Below are positions 44,759-45,623 of a stretch of 45,623 bases of DNA, one piece after another; within the stretch, counting starts at the first letter, position 1; each line of letters starts with the position of its first letter. The stretch is from positions 1-45,623 of the forward strand of contig DATAMD010000357.1 in assembly GCA_036260755.1 (NCBI GenBank), in the 5' to 3' direction. The translations under genes and the position numbers were made by a program. The notes beneath the pieces are model-generated. The model was given only the letters and a program-made list of their open reading frames with translations, had not been told where the DNA came from and made no database searches. Source of the DNA: Chitinophagaceae bacterium. GTDB taxonomy: Bacteria > Bacteroidota > Bacteroidia > Chitinophagales > Chitinophagaceae.

Positions 44759-45317
44759 GATTCTCTATTTCAGATTCATAGTCATATTCCTTCATCATTT
44801 TAAGTAACATACTTTTTGCCCTGCTGTATTGACTTCGTACGGTATTTACATTCATTTCCAACAACTTTGCAACTTCGATATGATTATATCCTTCAACGGC
44901 AACTAAATTAAAAATGGTTTGATAACCACTCGGCAACTGCCTGATTAATTGTATCAATTGTTTACCGTCTAACTTTACCTCAGGGTCTTCATCGCTTATG
45001 GGGTGAAGAGTTATATCATCCAAATTCATTTCTCTGCGATAACGGCTATGCTTATTGAGATAAGTGATAGCCGTATTAACCATTATTCTTCTTATCCATG
45101 CACCCAATTCCCCATCATTCTTAAATTGATGCAGATTCATAAATACCCGTATAAAACCATCTTGCAAAATATCTTCGGCATCTTCATAACTTTTAGTATA
45201 TCTATAGCAAAGCCCTAACATTGCAGCAGCATAAATGTTGTATAACTCTTGCTGTGCTTCTTTTTTGCCTTTGAGGCAATTGTTGAGCAACTGTTGGGTT
45301 TCCATTGTGAGATGCAC
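44742..45317 (-). CDS. RNA polymerase ECF-type sigma-70 factor
   Basis: Region 2 (DAEDILQDGFIRVF) and region 4 HTH (GYNHIEVAKLLEMNVNTVRSQYSRAK). GTG 45317 or ATG 45305 as start. Confidence 0.85.
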   Translation of the reverse strand: MHLTMETQQLLNNCLKGKKEAQQELYNIYAAAMLGLCYRYTKSYEDAEDILQDGFIRVFMNLHQFKNDGELGAWIRRIMVNTAITYLNKHSRYRREMNLDDITLHPISDEDPEVKLDGKQLIQLIRQLPSGYQTIFNLVAVEGYNHIEVAKLLEMNVNTVRSQYSRAKSMLLKMMKEYDYESEIENHAGKI

Positions 45318-45436
45318 TCTAATATGACTAAGCTATTGCCTTTTTTATTGCATTTTTAAAAAATAATTTTGGTAACGTTTTTTTTTAATGTAATATTATC
45401 TTCAAATAATTTATCATCTGTCAAAACGCGCCATCT

Positions 45437-45623
45437 ATGGAAGAAAAAAAATTTCGCCTTGCTTTTTTAGGAAATGGAAAGGATCTTTTTAAAATCCAAA
45501 TTGTAAATTTTATTTTAAATGTTATTACACTCGGCATATTTTATCCGTGGGCAAAAGCAAGAAAACTGCAATACATATATAATAACACAGCGTTCGAAGA
45601 TCATCCTTTTGCATTTACAGGTA
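45437..45623 (+). CDS. DUF898 (YjgN-like) membrane protein, 3'-partial
   Basis: ATG 45437. FRLAFLGNGKDLFKIQIVNFILNVITLGIFYPWAKARK matches the DUF898 N-terminal pattern. Runs off the window end. Confidence 0.6.
   Translation, partial: MEEKKFRLAFLGNGKDLFKIQIVNFILNVITLGIFYPWAKARKLQYIYNNTAFEDHPFAFTG

Noticed and set aside
1-45623. Defence island, prophage or integrative element anywhere in the window
   Set aside because: I see no integrase, transposase, phage structural, restriction-modification, toxin-antitoxin, Cas, reverse transcriptase or nuclease/ATPase defence-like genes. Gene content is core metabolism and envelope throughout.

Overview
This is a 45.6-kb AT-rich chromosomal segment, most consistent with a Bacteroidota genome (Chitinophagales/Sphingobacteriales-like). 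The supporting signs are TAnnTTTG-type -7 promoter boxes just upstream of several starts, no obvious Shine-Dalgarno use, an ECF sigma gene paired with a TM/beta-barrel protein, and LVIVD, DUF2851 and DPE2-like MalQ proteins. I call about 42 protein genes. Nearly all are housekeeping: malQ, hpt, topA, fdx-iscX, kdsC, maf, lipA, dapD, ackA-pta, tsaC, miaA, proS and envelope proteins. I found no rRNA, tRNA, CRISPR array, transposase, integrase, phage gene or recognisable defence gene, so I cannot point to a classical novel protein system. The most unusual content is non-coding. (1) A dense family of about 60-bp bipartite intergenic elements has a 20-nt box containing GTGCGACGCAAC, exactly 23 variable nt, GCCGGTAAC and an A-run. 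There are seven full copies plus several decayed ones, so most long spacers carry one. (2) Longer variants carry mirror arrays of AGCT-containing heptamers. One inverted pair brackets the EamA-dapD gene pair, and another pair sits back-to-back downstream of the CCA-enzyme gene. (3) Several locus-specific short-unit repeat tracts occur (TTCGTGTAAT, ATGTGCAAAT at 16-bp phasing, ATAAGTTATA). Protein-level oddities are a signal-peptide-bearing 476-aa MurI homologue and a Tyr/Asn/Gly/Ser-rich lipoprotein with 8-aa tandem repeats encoded next to a FadL-like barrel. There is also a four-gene ECF-sigma operon (TM/beta-barrel fusion, LVIVD lipoprotein, small barrel), a DUF2851 gene split by one in-frame TGA, and a miaA whose conserved P-loop region has no canonical start codon. 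All functional calls come from motif recognition by eye; no database search was run.
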